A stretch of DNA of 64,000 nt, taken from the sequence record AJ697969.1; one strand, given 5' to 3'. A program made the translations under genes and the position numbers. Under the pieces are notes generated by a model. That model was not told the origin of the DNA. It ran no database searches and saw only the letters and a program-made list of their open reading frames with translations. How positions within the stretch are numbered: position 1 is the stretch's first letter; the number at the start of each line of letters is the position of its first letter. The DNA comes from Pseudomonas phage EL. Shown one piece after another: positions 19,027 through 28,446 of the stretch.

Positions 19027-19029
19027 ATA

Positions 19030-19509
19030 GTGAATGTGTTCACACAGTGGATTAAACGGGTCTTCAAACGTCAACATGAGCCTCTCTTGAGTCAAGAGGA
19101 GACCAACGCCCTCATTAAGGATGTAACCACGGACTACCTCAAAACTGCGGTATCGATCGTGTTGAGAACTGTTCCCCATACCACGTTGGATGGTAAACCG
19201 AACCCTCGCTGGATTATGGGTGTCGCTCCAGGGTTCCCGGATTATGATGTCGAAGCACTGATCGGGGTTATTAACGGACTGCGTAAGGAAGAAGACGACG
19301 TCATCGATGACTATGTCTTCCACCGGAATGAGTCGGCTAATTACCGGAATCTGGATGAAGAACTTCAACCGTTTATTAAGCCCGCTGTACGGTTCAATGA
19401 GAATAACAAAATCGAAATCAAGTTACTGGGCGGTTGGAAACCTTTTAACCCCGCTGTGTCGGGTTCTGTACGGAGAAAAATGAATGAAGACAAACACTTC
19501 ACCGCCTGA
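19030..19509 (+). CDS. Hypothetical protein
   Basis: 159-aa ORF. Confidence 0.4.
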   Translation: MNVFTQWIKRVFKRQHEPLLSQEETNALIKDVTTDYLKTAVSIVLRTVPHTTLDGKPNPRWIMGVAPGFPDYDVEALIGVINGLRKEEDDVIDDYVFHRNESANYRNLDEELQPFIKPAVRFNENNKIEIKLLGGWKPFNPAVSGSVRRKMNEDKHFTA

Positions 19510-20032
19510 GTACATCATCAGTGAGAACGGTGACTGGTTCCATTTCAGTGGGTATTGGGGGGTGTTCTCCCGGTGCTTGTGTCGGATGGGTGGGAAGTTC
19601 CATGAGGCTATCGATGTCTCGTTAACCCCGATTAATGTCTGGCAGTGGGAAAACCTGAAACAGGTTCGTATTCGTAAACACCGCACCGCTGAGACCAATC
19701 CCTTTGCCTTTGCCCATTCGTTCCCCAAAGTGCGTTATGACCACCTGGTAGAAAAAGTGGGGGAGACGGTTGCGCACCTGCTGGTTCACGAGGATCTCTT
19801 GGCTGAAATAGACATGTCGCTGTTTCGCCACATGGATCGTGTGTGGGGATGGGGTGGTGGTGTCCCCTTTATCCTGGTGTGTAAAGAGCGAGACCGTTAC
19901 CCTGAGCTCCTGGAACATTGGTTCACTGTATTGGATAACGAATCCGCGTACTTGAAAAGCATGGATGAGGACATGATGCAACGTTATCTCATCCATACTG
20001 AAAGCTGTCGGGCTAAAGCCCACTCTCACTAA
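19484..20032 (+). CDS. Hypothetical protein
   Basis: 182-aa ORF. Confidence 0.4.
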   Translation: MKTNTSPPEYIISENGDWFHFSGYWGVFSRCLCRMGGKFHEAIDVSLTPINVWQWENLKQVRIRKHRTAETNPFAFAHSFPKVRYDHLVEKVGETVAHLLVHEDLLAEIDMSLFRHMDRVWGWGGGVPFILVCKERDRYPELLEHWFTVLDNESAYLKSMDEDMMQRYLIHTESCRAKAHSH

Positions 20033-20103
20033 TTCCGAACACCCGCTCCTATTCTTTACCTCGGAATGACAACTCAATCGTTAATGACCTATAAGGAACC
20101 TGA

Positions 20104-20364
20104 ATGACTACCATCAAAGTCCAACAAAAACTGGGTCTGGCTGCTTTTGCTATCCTGTCGGACCAACTGAAAGCAGAAGGTATTCACGTGATTAACCCGG
20201 TAGAGGGCGAGGTGGTTACCGCTGACGATGTGGTTGGTAAAGTCCTGGCTGCCTTCAACCTGGGCAACAAGATTGAAGTGAACGCGGACGTCCCCGCTAG
20301 CAATAAAGGGGTGAATTACCGGTTCGAACGGATTGGGGGAGCGTACTACCTGGTCCGGAAGTAG
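20104..20364 (+). CDS. Hypothetical small protein (GC3-rich)
   Basis: 86-aa ORF with strong GC3 bias, followed by a hairpin. Confidence 0.5.
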   Translation: MTTIKVQQKLGLAAFAILSDQLKAEGIHVINPVEGEVVTADDVVGKVLAAFNLGNKIEVNADVPASNKGVNYRFERIGGAYYLVRK

Positions 20365-20375
20365 CTAACGACTCG

Positions 20376-20400
20376 CCCTCCTGCCTTATTGGCAGGAGGG
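20376..20400 (+). terminator. Hairpin terminator
   Basis: CCCTCCTGCC-ttatt-GGCAGGAGGG. Confidence 0.55.
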
Positions 20401-20430
20401 TGTATGTCCTTTATTTGTTATGAGGTGGTT

Positions 20431-21093
20431 ATGTCAAGACAATCGTTGTTGGAATATGGAAGAGGGTGGTTATGCGACCAGGGTGGTGAGGGTAAAGAGG
20501 AATGGACCGGGGGTGACGCGGTGTTCTACTCCATGAGTGTCAGTCCTTTAGCTTATCCCACCACCACCTTTTGGACGGGTCGTTTCAATATCCACATGGA
20601 GAACATCACTGTTCGGTTACATTCGCACGATAATGATCCTGAATTGGTGTTGTTCTTCAATAAGCTCAATCTACTGGAGCAGGGCGTACGGGAGTATTGC
20701 AAGGCGTTCAGAAAGGTCCTCAATAACCCGAAGAAACCCCTAAAGGAACCCGTCTATAAGCGACAGTGGCTCAACCCTGAGAACATTGAAGCGCCCTTTA
20801 CGGGGTATTATTTCTATTGCATCGATCAGGATAAGGCAGGCCGGTTCTGCGTTGGGGATTGCCACCGGACCATTGTGATGTGGATGGACATTCACCACAA
20901 TGACGGGAGGGTCTTTAACAAAGCGTTGTTAGAAGTTCAACTCAGCGCTCTCCAATGCCTGGTGACCTATTTGAAGGAGGCTCAGGTTAAGATCAAGAGT
21001 CTTCGTAAGCAATACAAGGTCTTAGGTTGGGATAAACCTCAGGAGCTCCAGAGTGACACGTCCTCTGAGGACGTTCTTCCCGATCCCCAGTAG
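20431..21093 (+). CDS. Hypothetical protein
   Basis: GAGGTGG RBS. The track start at 20389 lies inside the terminator hairpin, so 20431 is preferred. Confidence 0.45.
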   Translation: MSRQSLLEYGRGWLCDQGGEGKEEWTGGDAVFYSMSVSPLAYPTTTFWTGRFNIHMENITVRLHSHDNDPELVLFFNKLNLLEQGVREYCKAFRKVLNNPKKPLKEPVYKRQWLNPENIEAPFTGYYFYCIDQDKAGRFCVGDCHRTIVMWMDIHHNDGRVFNKALLEVQLSALQCLVTYLKEAQVKIKSLRKQYKVLGWDKPQELQSDTSSEDVLPDPQ

Positions 21094-21098
21094 AAATT

Positions 21099-21121
21099 AA
21101 TAAACCTATATTACTCAGGTG
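21099..21121 (+). promoter_or_regulatory. Conserved phage promoter-like motif, copy 4
   Basis: aataaaCCTATATTACTCAGGTG, 37 nt upstream of the chaperonin ATG. Confidence 0.5.
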
Positions 21122-21157
21122 TAATGCAATTAGGTATGGTTTAACAGGAGTACGAAG

Positions 21158-22834
21158 ATGTCTCAAACGCTACTGGTACATGGTAAAGATGCCCAAGGAA
21201 TCATTAAACAGGTCTTGAGTGAGGTGTATGACGCCGTCACTTCGACCATGGGTCCGAATGGTCAGTTGGTGATGATCAAGAATGGGGTCTCCACCAAGAC
21301 CACCAAGGATGGGGTGACGGTAGCCCGTTCCATTCGCTTTGCAGATGAAGCCCATGAATTGGTGAACCGGGTAATTACCGAGCCGGCTACGAAGACCGAT
21401 GAGGAATGCGGGGATGGCACTACCACCACCATCATGCTGACCCATGCGCTCTATCACCTGTTCAAGGACTTCCCAGGTTTCCAACACCACCGGAACATTG
21501 AAGACTTGGTAGAGCGGGTTATCCAACGTTTGGAATCCATGGCGATTCGGGTGGAAGTGGATGACCCTCGGTTGTATCAAGTGGCCCTGACCTCGTCTAA
21601 CCAGGATGAAAAGCTCGCCCGACTGGTTAGTGAGCTCTATGCGAATAACAAAGGGAGTTATCCGGATATTGAACTCAAGGAAGGGGTCAACTTCGAAGAC
21701 CAGATCGAACAAACTACAGGGCGCACTATCCGTATGTTCTACGCGAATCCCTGGTTTGCGAAAGGCCACCAAGGGGGTGTGACAGAATTGACGGGGTTTA
21801 CGGCGTTCGTTATCGATCGTCGGATTGACAAGGAAGACACCCAGAAGTTGATTGATGGGGTGAATCACCTTGTGAAAACTCACAAACAACACCTGGCCCT
21901 TCCCATCCTGCTGATTGCACGAAGTTTCGAAGAAGCCGCTAACTCGACCCTGATGCAATTGAATGCGGCGCACCCAACCCTGGTAGAAGACGGACGTCCT
22001 TGGTTAATCCCGTTGAGTACGCCGGTAGGTGGTGCAATTGGGACCTCTGAACTGCAAGACATCGCGGTCATGCTGAACGCCCCTATGCTCAGTGACGTAG
22101 CGGACCTGACCAAGTTGGATACCCATTCGATCAATGGCCAACACGGCCAACTGGAACTGGGGGGCAATCGGTCTATCCTGAAGAGTACCACACCTAAGGA
22201 TGAAGACCGGATCGAACAACATGCTCGGGGTATTGAGGAACTGTTGGAGGGGTTTAGCCTCAGCGATAAGTTCTCTGTACGCGCCCGGTACAACGAACGG
22301 CGTATTCGGACCCTACGGGGTAAGTTGATCACCATTTCCGTAGGCGGCGAAACCTATTCTGAAGTCAAGGAACGGGTAGACCGGTACGAGGATGTGGTGA
22401 AAGCCATTCGTTCCGCCTTGGAGAACGGCATCCTTCCTGGCGGTGGCGTATCCCTGGTTAAGGCGGTCTTCGGTACGATCAAGGAAGGCCTCGAAGATAA
22501 AGACCAGAGCGCTGAGTTTGCTAAGCGGTATATCAACTCAGGCATTGCCAATGAGTTGATGCGACTGTCCACTATTCAGCATAAGCTGTTGTTCAAGGAC
22601 ACGGCGCTGTATAAGGAAAATGGGAGTTTCCATTTTAATGATGATTGGCTCAATACACCGACCGTCATGAATCTGGCAACTGGTGAGATTGGTACCCCGG
22701 AGGGATTGGGTATTTATGACACCGCGTATGCCTCTATCACTGCGCTGAAAGGCGGACTCCAAACCGCTAAGATCTTGGCCACTACGAAGACACTGATCCT
22801 AGGGGAGAAGTTGTCGGCGGTTAAGGTGCGGTAA
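21158..22834 (+). CDS. groL: GroEL-like chaperonin (Cpn60 family), phage-encoded
   Basis: 558 aa. N-terminal region GPNGQLVMIKNGVSTKTTKDGVTVARSI...DEECGDGTTTT matches the GroEL ATP-binding/equatorial signature (GDGTTT). RBS AGGAG. Confidence 0.85.
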   Translation: MSQTLLVHGKDAQGIIKQVLSEVYDAVTSTMGPNGQLVMIKNGVSTKTTKDGVTVARSIRFADEAHELVNRVITEPATKTDEECGDGTTTTIMLTHALYHLFKDFPGFQHHRNIEDLVERVIQRLESMAIRVEVDDPRLYQVALTSSNQDEKLARLVSELYANNKGSYPDIELKEGVNFEDQIEQTTGRTIRMFYANPWFAKGHQGGVTELTGFTAFVIDRRIDKEDTQKLIDGVNHLVKTHKQHLALPILLIARSFEEAANSTLMQLNAAHPTLVEDGRPWLIPLSTPVGGAIGTSELQDIAVMLNAPMLSDVADLTKLDTHSINGQHGQLELGGNRSILKSTTPKDEDRIEQHARGIEELLEGFSLSDKFSVRARYNERRIRTLRGKLITISVGGETYSEVKERVDRYEDVVKAIRSALENGILPGGGVSLVKAVFGTIKEGLEDKDQSAEFAKRYINSGIANELMRLSTIQHKLLFKDTALYKENGSFHFNDDWLNTPTVMNLATGEIGTPEGLGIYDTAYASITALKGGLQTAKILATTKTLILGEKLSAVKVR

Positions 22835-22844
22835 GGGGTTTGTA

Positions 22845-22885
22845 AAGGAGTAGGGGGAAGACCCCTACTCCTTTATTTTTTTTTT
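22845..22885 (+). terminator. Strong rho-independent terminator
   Basis: AAGGAGTAGGGGG-aaga-CCCCTACTCCTT followed by T12 run. Confidence 0.8.
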
Positions 22886-22996
22886 AAGGAAATCGATGGA
22901 TGACGAAGCATTTGAAGGAGGTAGACATCCTATGCAGTGAGTCTTGTAACTTCTTTTGACTTACTCCCATTGGACCACCTTTAAGAGGATAAAGCA

Positions 22997-23626
22997 ATGG
23001 CTTCAAACCTTCCAATCCAAACGATCTTCCTCGACAAATTCGTCGAGTTCAACAAAGACCGCTACAAAGACCAGGCGGAAATGCTCGCCCTCTTTGACGG
23101 CCTGACCCTCGCGGACATCACGATCTCCGACATCACCGCCGACGGCGCCAACCCCGAGCTGCAAAGCGCCACGGTCACCTCTGTGAGCCGCAACTTCAAA
23201 GGTGTCGAACAAAAATGGCTCCCGGCGAACATCAACACTCCGTTCGCCTTCGTGGTGGTGAACAAAGGCGCTCCCCTGACCGGCGAAGACCAACTGGCCG
23301 AGCAGACCACCCCGGGTGCCTACGTTTACCTGGTCGGTGAAGGCGAAGAAGCGGTTCAACGCGTGGGCCTGGTGCTGGCTTCCACCACCACCACTGAAAC
23401 CCAAGCCGCCGACGCCCTGGCGCTGTTCAAGGCCAACTTCGAATACGTCCTGGACGACGCCGATGTCGATACTGCCACCGCCAAGGTGCTCAAGGTAACC
23501 ACCAACCCGTTCACCCGCGGCGAGCTCGTGTACGAAATTGGTAAGGCTCCGATCATCGAGATTCCGGAAACTGACTACGGTCGTCTGGAATTCAAAGAAA
23601 TCGTTCAACCCGAACCCCAACCGTAA
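22997..23626 (+). CDS. Hypothetical abundant(?) protein, paralog A of 35313..35906
   Basis: N-terminus FLDKFVEFNKDRY is shared with ORF 35313..35906. Extreme GC3 codon bias, and a perfect 32-nt palindrome follows. Confidence 0.6.
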   Translation: MASNLPIQTIFLDKFVEFNKDRYKDQAEMLALFDGLTLADITISDITADGANPELQSATVTSVSRNFKGVEQKWLPANINTPFAFVVVNKGAPLTGEDQLAEQTTPGAYVYLVGEGEEAVQRVGLVLASTTTTETQAADALALFKANFEYVLDDADVDTATAKVLKVTTNPFTRGELVYEIGKAPIIEIPETDYGRLEFKEIVQPEPQP

Positions 23627-23632
23627 GCTAGA

Positions 23633-23664
23633 TAACTACCAAGTGGGCTAGCCCACTTGGTAGT
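23633..23664 (+). terminator. Perfect palindromic hairpin
   Basis: AACTACCAAGTGGGCTAGCCCACTTGGTAGTT (fully self-complementary). Confidence 0.6.
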
Positions 23665-23702
23665 TTACCTCTCTTCGTACCTCATTTCAATTCCAGTGAA
23701 TT

Positions 23703-23724
23703 TCAAATCTACATCATCAGTGTG
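23703..23724 (+). promoter_or_regulatory. Conserved phage promoter-like motif, copy 10 (variant)
   Basis: tcaaatCTACATCATCAGTGTG. Confidence 0.4.
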
Positions 23725-23802
23725 AGCCAGGGGCAATAAAAGTTCACGGATGAATGAATTCTCTTGCAACTGGTGCTTTAAATGTCATTAGGAATATTCA
23801 CC

Positions 23803-24363
23803 ATGAGTATGAGTACTGCTAAAAGGGGTAACTTTTCTACGTCCCCCGGCAAGGAAGACGATGATCTTCCTCTGCACGAGATCCGGGATGCCTTTAATCC
23901 CGCGTTTGTGAAAACGTTTGACAAACTGGGCCTCGACCCACAATTGATCAAAGAGTTTATTTACGCGCTTGATCTGCTCGACAACATCGTTAAGACCCCC
24001 AACTTCGTATCGGGCAGAATTCTGAATAACCGAGATATCGAAGCGTACGGCGAAGAAGCGGTCTTCGCGTTCAACCGGAATAACAATATCCCGTACTACT
24101 ACGTGCGGTTGGGTATTACCGTGTCGGAAACGGTGTACAAATTGCAGGACGAGTTTCTGGAACGTGATTATCCCAAAACGATCCTGAGTATTCTCCGCCC
24201 CATGCGCACGCCCGGTATTGACGTGACCGTAGACGGCCATCCTTACAACGTAGGGATTACCTTCAAAACGCCTCATCCTTTGTTCGGTTTGGTGAATTAC
24301 CAAGATCTCCGGACTGGGATGAACACTTCAGTCCCCTTCCTACTCACTCGGGTGGGACTTTGA
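23803..24363 (+). CDS. Hypothetical protein
   Basis: ORF with AGGA RBS. Confidence 0.45.
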   Translation: MSMSTAKRGNFSTSPGKEDDDLPLHEIRDAFNPAFVKTFDKLGLDPQLIKEFIYALDLLDNIVKTPNFVSGRILNNRDIEAYGEEAVFAFNRNNNIPYYYVRLGITVSETVYKLQDEFLERDYPKTILSILRPMRTPGIDVTVDGHPYNVGITFKTPHPLFGLVNYQDLRTGMNTSVPFLLTRVGL

Positions 24364-24463
24364 TCCTCTACCTGCTCCACTGGGCTTAACGCTCCGGTGG
24401 AGCGGGGTAGGGGTTATTACCGCTTTAAATTTTTCAATACACCAACCCAAAAAGGTAATAACC

Positions 24464-25348
24464 ATGCCGAAGAATGAGAACAATCCTGATAAACAAGGTC
24501 TTACGTCTATCTCTGATGAAGACTTGGATAAGGCACTCAACGAACTGGACAACGCAGGGGAAGACGTAACTCCGGTGTCCGAAGAGACCACTACGCGGCA
24601 TCCGGGTACGTCGGATATCCTCAACCGCTATTCACATCCCGCCCTTCAGCCGAAGAAGGGAACCCCTGAATACATCGAGTGGAAAGCCGCTCTCAAACAG
24701 AAGGAGGACCGATTAGTGGAATCCTTGAAGACTTCGGTGACCCAGGAACATGAAGAGAATGTCCTGAAAGGGAATACCCTGGGTACTAAACCGAAGACCA
24801 AGCAGGTAGAAGGCCTGTTGGAGATGGTGGTTCGTAAGAAGGCTGAACTCACCCAAGAAGACACCGTAGACGCCGCAGAACGCGCATTGGCAGCGCTGAA
24901 GCGGGTGCGGGAATATAACCGTAAGAAACGTATTCGACTGTGGTGTATTGTTGTCGGGCTCTTGGTGGTTGTGGGAAGTGGTCTCTATGGGGGGTGGATG
25001 TTCGTCCAGAAACAAATGCTCACCGGTCATTACACCGTGGTCGCGGAGTGCAAAGTCCCTTACGGGGATTTTGAAATTACCGGTAAGCGGTACTACCGCT
25101 ACGCGTATCAATCGATTCTGGGTTACCACCTCGTGGATGAGGGTACGGTCGAAGAAGTCACCGAAGTCAAACTCCCTGGGGATAAAATCATTATCCTGGG
25201 ATTCGATGCGAGTAAAGGGAACTGGTGGCGGATGAACTATGACCGGGGAGAATTCGGTACCGTTAAACTCAAACCTACAGATAAGTACTGGTTCGTCGGC
25301 GAGAAAGACCGTACCACCCTGGTACCTTATCACTCGTTCTGCCATTAA
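24464..25348 (+). CDS. Hypothetical membrane protein (single TM helix)
   Basis: Acidic/charged N-terminal half, then IRLWCIVVGLLVVVGSGLYGGWMFV hydrophobic helix. Confidence 0.5.
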   Translation: MPKNENNPDKQGLTSISDEDLDKALNELDNAGEDVTPVSEETTTRHPGTSDILNRYSHPALQPKKGTPEYIEWKAALKQKEDRLVESLKTSVTQEHEENVLKGNTLGTKPKTKQVEGLLEMVVRKKAELTQEDTVDAAERALAALKRVREYNRKKRIRLWCIVVGLLVVVGSGLYGGWMFVQKQMLTGHYTVVAECKVPYGDFEITGKRYYRYAYQSILGYHLVDEGTVEEVTEVKLPGDKIIILGFDASKGNWWRMNYDRGEFGTVKLKPTDKYWFVGEKDRTTLVPYHSFCH

Positions 25349-25377
25349 ACGGTAACCTTACCGAGGGAGTCAATCCC

Positions 25378-25956
25378 ATGCTGAATACTTCAGACCAACC
25401 TGTGGGTCTCTTGTCCAGTCGATTGTACATCGATCCCAACGATGGTTCTTTCTTTACCGGTCATTTGGAAAAGTCCCACAAGAAACGGTGTCACTTAGTA
25501 CGCCACAAGCTCCAATACGCGATCCGGTATTATTCATCCGTTAAACTGCCCGAGGGGTGGTTGGTGGGGATCAGTGACCGGGAGGCAAGCCGGTATTACT
25601 TCTTCCCTACCCAGGGAAAACGGAGGAGTATTCTGGTTCCTTTACCCAGTACAGCGTACCGAGAGATCTGGTTTAACCTGTTTAAAGGGATCTGGATGAC
25701 TGGTACCCGGGAGGCTATCTACCTGCACAGTGTGGCGTATCCCCATCTCATGGAGCTCTTGAACGAATCCTTAGTCCCCAGAGTGATTTCTGTTGAAGGT
25801 GAATGGAAAGGGGAAGGGTATATTGCGTCTCTGGAATGGAAGCCTGAAAAACCCGGTCGGTTGATCGTAACAACGACCTTGGATAATGCTAAAGACCACA
25901 GTGTTCCGATCCAATGGCATCCCATCGATGCGGTGGTTCGTCTCATCCGAAAGTAA
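25378..25956 (+). CDS. Hypothetical protein
   Basis: GAGGGAG RBS. Confidence 0.45.
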   Translation: MLNTSDQPVGLLSSRLYIDPNDGSFFTGHLEKSHKKRCHLVRHKLQYAIRYYSSVKLPEGWLVGISDREASRYYFFPTQGKRRSILVPLPSTAYREIWFNLFKGIWMTGTREAIYLHSVAYPHLMELLNESLVPRVISVEGEWKGEGYIASLEWKPEKPGRLIVTTTLDNAKDHSVPIQWHPIDAVVRLIRK

Positions 25957-25968
25957 GAGGATTACATC

Positions 25969-26832
25969 ATGAAAGAAGAAAACCAGAAGAAGACCAACAG
26001 TTTCCAAGGTGGCGATGTTCGGGTAGTGTCTTCTAAGACGCATCCCGGTAAATCGAAATTCCTCCCGGTAAACCTCATGGGACCGGATACGATCGAGAAC
26101 CCTGACCAACTGGTCCTCCAAGTTCATCACCGTCTGACCGAAGGCCAGAAAGCGTTCTACCACACCCTGGAAACCTACGGGCTGTGTAAGGCCTACAGTT
26201 CGTCACCCGATCCCCGTACGTTGGTGATCAACATCGCTACCGGTCTTCCCCACACCAAGGAAGAGAAAGACGCTCCTCGCCGCAGCATCGAGCTGGACGC
26301 CGGCATTATCCTCTATGCGGTTATCAGCGAACGGGAGGGTGGGGCCTTCAAAATCGTCATCGTGGGAACCGCTACCCATACGTCTTATTTGGTGATCCGT
26401 GAGGACGTTGCCTTCTCGTTTATCATCGATAAGGTGTCTTTGTCGGTTCAGGATGCGGTAGTCGCCCTGTACGCCAGCAACCTCAGCAAAGGTCGAGGGC
26501 TCTTCGAGAACACCGCTAAACACCTTCCGGACTTCTTCTACAAGCTGTTTAAAGCGGTCTTCCCGGAAATGGTTCGTCTGGAATTCACGATCACTCACAT
26601 TCATGAAGACAGTGTTCGCGTTGCGCTGTACTGGGATCCTAGGGGACCTAACAAGAATCTCATTGCCTGCAATGGGTTTGTCTTCCCGTTGGACATTTCC
26701 CAGTTCCCGGGTAAACAAATCTCCCGGGGGTATAACCTCCAGAAGAAAGAAACCCGTCATGTCGCTCACAAACAAAAGACATCTGACCTGTCAGTCAATA
26801 CCCAGCGTCTGTTGGAAAAGTTCTCGAAATAG
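25969..26832 (+). CDS. Hypothetical protein
   Basis: 287-aa ORF followed by a hairpin. Confidence 0.45.
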   Translation: MKEENQKKTNSFQGGDVRVVSSKTHPGKSKFLPVNLMGPDTIENPDQLVLQVHHRLTEGQKAFYHTLETYGLCKAYSSSPDPRTLVINIATGLPHTKEEKDAPRRSIELDAGIILYAVISEREGGAFKIVIVGTATHTSYLVIREDVAFSFIIDKVSLSVQDAVVALYASNLSKGRGLFENTAKHLPDFFYKLFKAVFPEMVRLEFTITHIHEDSVRVALYWDPRGPNKNLIACNGFVFPLDISQFPGKQISRGYNLQKKETRHVAHKQKTSDLSVNTQRLLEKFSK

Positions 26833-26843
26833 TCTGTGAGTAC

Positions 26844-26870
26844 GAGGTGGGGGGTAACACCCCTACCTCT
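26844..26870 (+). terminator. Hairpin terminator
   Basis: GAGGTGGGGGG-taaca-CCCCTACCTC (one G-U wobble). Confidence 0.45.
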
Positions 26871-26915
26871 ACCTATGCTGTAACGCGCTGTAACACCCTT
26901 TAAAGAGTTTTTAAC

Positions 26916-27416
26916 ATGAAAGGTACCCTACCCCATTACCAGATCAGAATTATCGCTAGAAGTGCCTTTACAGACGATTTAAAGGAGAGACTCAAACCAC
27001 TGTATGAAAACCTCTTTCACCACGAACTCCATCTCGTCATTGGTACTAAAACAACCCGTAAGCTGTTTAAACCCTCCGCCCGTAAAAATCCCCACCCCTC
27101 CGTTATTGAGAAACGGTACGAAGACTTCTTCAAAGTAACCGACAAGATAGTACTCGTTACTCACTTGGGAGAAGCCGTGGGATATCTGGCGGTGGTTAAG
27201 AACAAGATCACCTCACTCTTTGTTGAAGAAGACTTCCGGAAGCTAGGCTTAGGGCGGATCATGGTGTCCAAGTTACAACGGGGTGGACATCCTGTGAACC
27301 GGTTCCTCTACGTTCAATGCTTTACCCAGAATACAGCTGGTATCAACTTCTACCGGAAAGTTGGGTTTAAGGAAATTGACAGAGGAGAGATCTACACGGT
27401 TTTGTTAATGGAATAA
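26916..27416 (+). CDS. GNAT-family N-acetyltransferase
   Basis: RKLGLGRIMV (RxxGxG) and FYRKVGF motifs. Confidence 0.65.
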   Translation: MKGTLPHYQIRIIARSAFTDDLKERLKPLYENLFHHELHLVIGTKTTRKLFKPSARKNPHPSVIEKRYEDFFKVTDKIVLVTHLGEAVGYLAVVKNKITSLFVEEDFRKLGLGRIMVSKLQRGGHPVNRFLYVQCFTQNTAGINFYRKVGFKEIDRGEIYTVLLME

Positions 27417-27424
27417 ACACCGTA

Positions 27425-27475
27425 CTAGGAGTAGCCCATAAGGGCTACTCCTAGGGGTGTATTTTATTTTTGTTT
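27425..27475. terminator. Bidirectional terminator between convergent genes
   Basis: CTAGGAGTAGCCC-ataa-GGGCTACTCCTAG followed by T-rich run. Confidence 0.7.
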
Positions 27476-28401
27476 CAAAAGAAGCGGTAGATATCACGGT
27501 AGCGTCCTGCTTGGTAGTAATCTCCTGATCCAATGGTGGAGGAATTAACACCCCCTACCAGGTAAATCCCACTGTCATCCGTGAGCATCTCAAAGGCATA
27601 CCGTTTAGTTACCGTGGTCATTTGCTTGTACCAACGGTCTTTCAGTATGTCGTAAATATGGAACACGATGTAACCGTTTTCAACACCACAGAGAATCAGG
27701 AACTGTTTCCACGAAGTCCCCCCAGTCCAACTACTGGCAATAGGTGCTTCTGTTACCGTTCTCCAGGTGTTGGTAACGGGATCGTATTCCCTGACCAATC
27801 TTGACGTACCCGCGGGGTCGTTCCATCCCCCGAATACATAGATCTTTCCATTGAACTGTCCGATGTAATGCCCATTGAGCGCCATCGGCATATCCGCTTT
27901 ACGGGTCCAGACGTTGGTGGTGGTGTCATACTGGTGGTTGAGGGCTGTGGGTTTATTGGTACTCCCCATGTAACCCCCCATGCAGAAGATCGTCTTATCA
28001 TCCAGGGTAATACACCGACCTTGTCCTCGGGCTCCATCCGGGAGGTTATTCAAGTTCGTTGAAGACCCTGTTGAAGGATTCAATTTCCACACGTGACTCA
28101 CATAGTTCCCATTATTACCGGTAATACCCCAGAAGGAACTGTTGCAGTAACACCCGCCACTCCAGGCCCATACGGAGATATTCCCGGTAGTGGCCCACGT
28201 ACGGGTGGTAAAGTCATAACGGGTATACGTCTGTTGTTGACCCCCACCGGCAAACTGACCTCCGAAGATATGAATCTTCCCTCCACCGATACCCGCACTG
28301 AAGTTAGCAATACCGTTGAAAGGAACTTGAGTCACCCATTCCATTCGTCCCAGAATGTAGGGGTTATCATCAGAAAGGGTAAATAGTTGACTCTCTAACA
28401 T
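27475..28401 (-). CDS. Kelch-repeat beta-propeller protein (putative distal tail-fibre / receptor-binding protein)
   Basis: Repeated blades containing GG doublets and W/Y, e.g. KIHIFGGQFAGGGQ, KIYVFGGWNDPAG, GIYLVGGVNSST. Last gene of the minus-strand tail-fibre operon. Confidence 0.6.
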   Translation of the reverse strand: MLESQLFTLSDDNPYILGRMEWVTQVPFNGIANFSAGIGGGKIHIFGGQFAGGGQQQTYTRYDFTTRTWATTGNISVWAWSGGCYCNSSFWGITGNNGNYVSHVWKLNPSTGSSTNLNNLPDGARGQGRCITLDDKTIFCMGGYMGSTNKPTALNHQYDTTTNVWTRKADMPMALNGHYIGQFNGKIYVFGGWNDPAGTSRLVREYDPVTNTWRTVTEAPIASSWTGGTSWKQFLILCGVENGYIVFHIYDILKDRWYKQMTTVTKRYAFEMLTDDSGIYLVGGVNSSTIGSGDYYQAGRYRDIYRFF

Positions 28402-28446
28402 GAAGCCGCTCCTAAAGAGAGGGAGTTAATCCCTCTCTTACTGATT

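Noticed and set aside
21170-21973. 267-aa minus-strand ORF inside the chaperonin gene
   Set aside because: The plus-strand frame gives an unmistakable GroEL signature, so the antisense frame is incidental.
23003-23620. 205-aa minus-strand ORF fully inside plus-strand gene 22997..23626
   Set aside because: The plus-strand gene has extreme GC3 bias, which removes stop codons from the antisense frames. The antisense protein is low-complexity and Gly/Val/Arg-rich. The plus-strand product has a paralog elsewhere.
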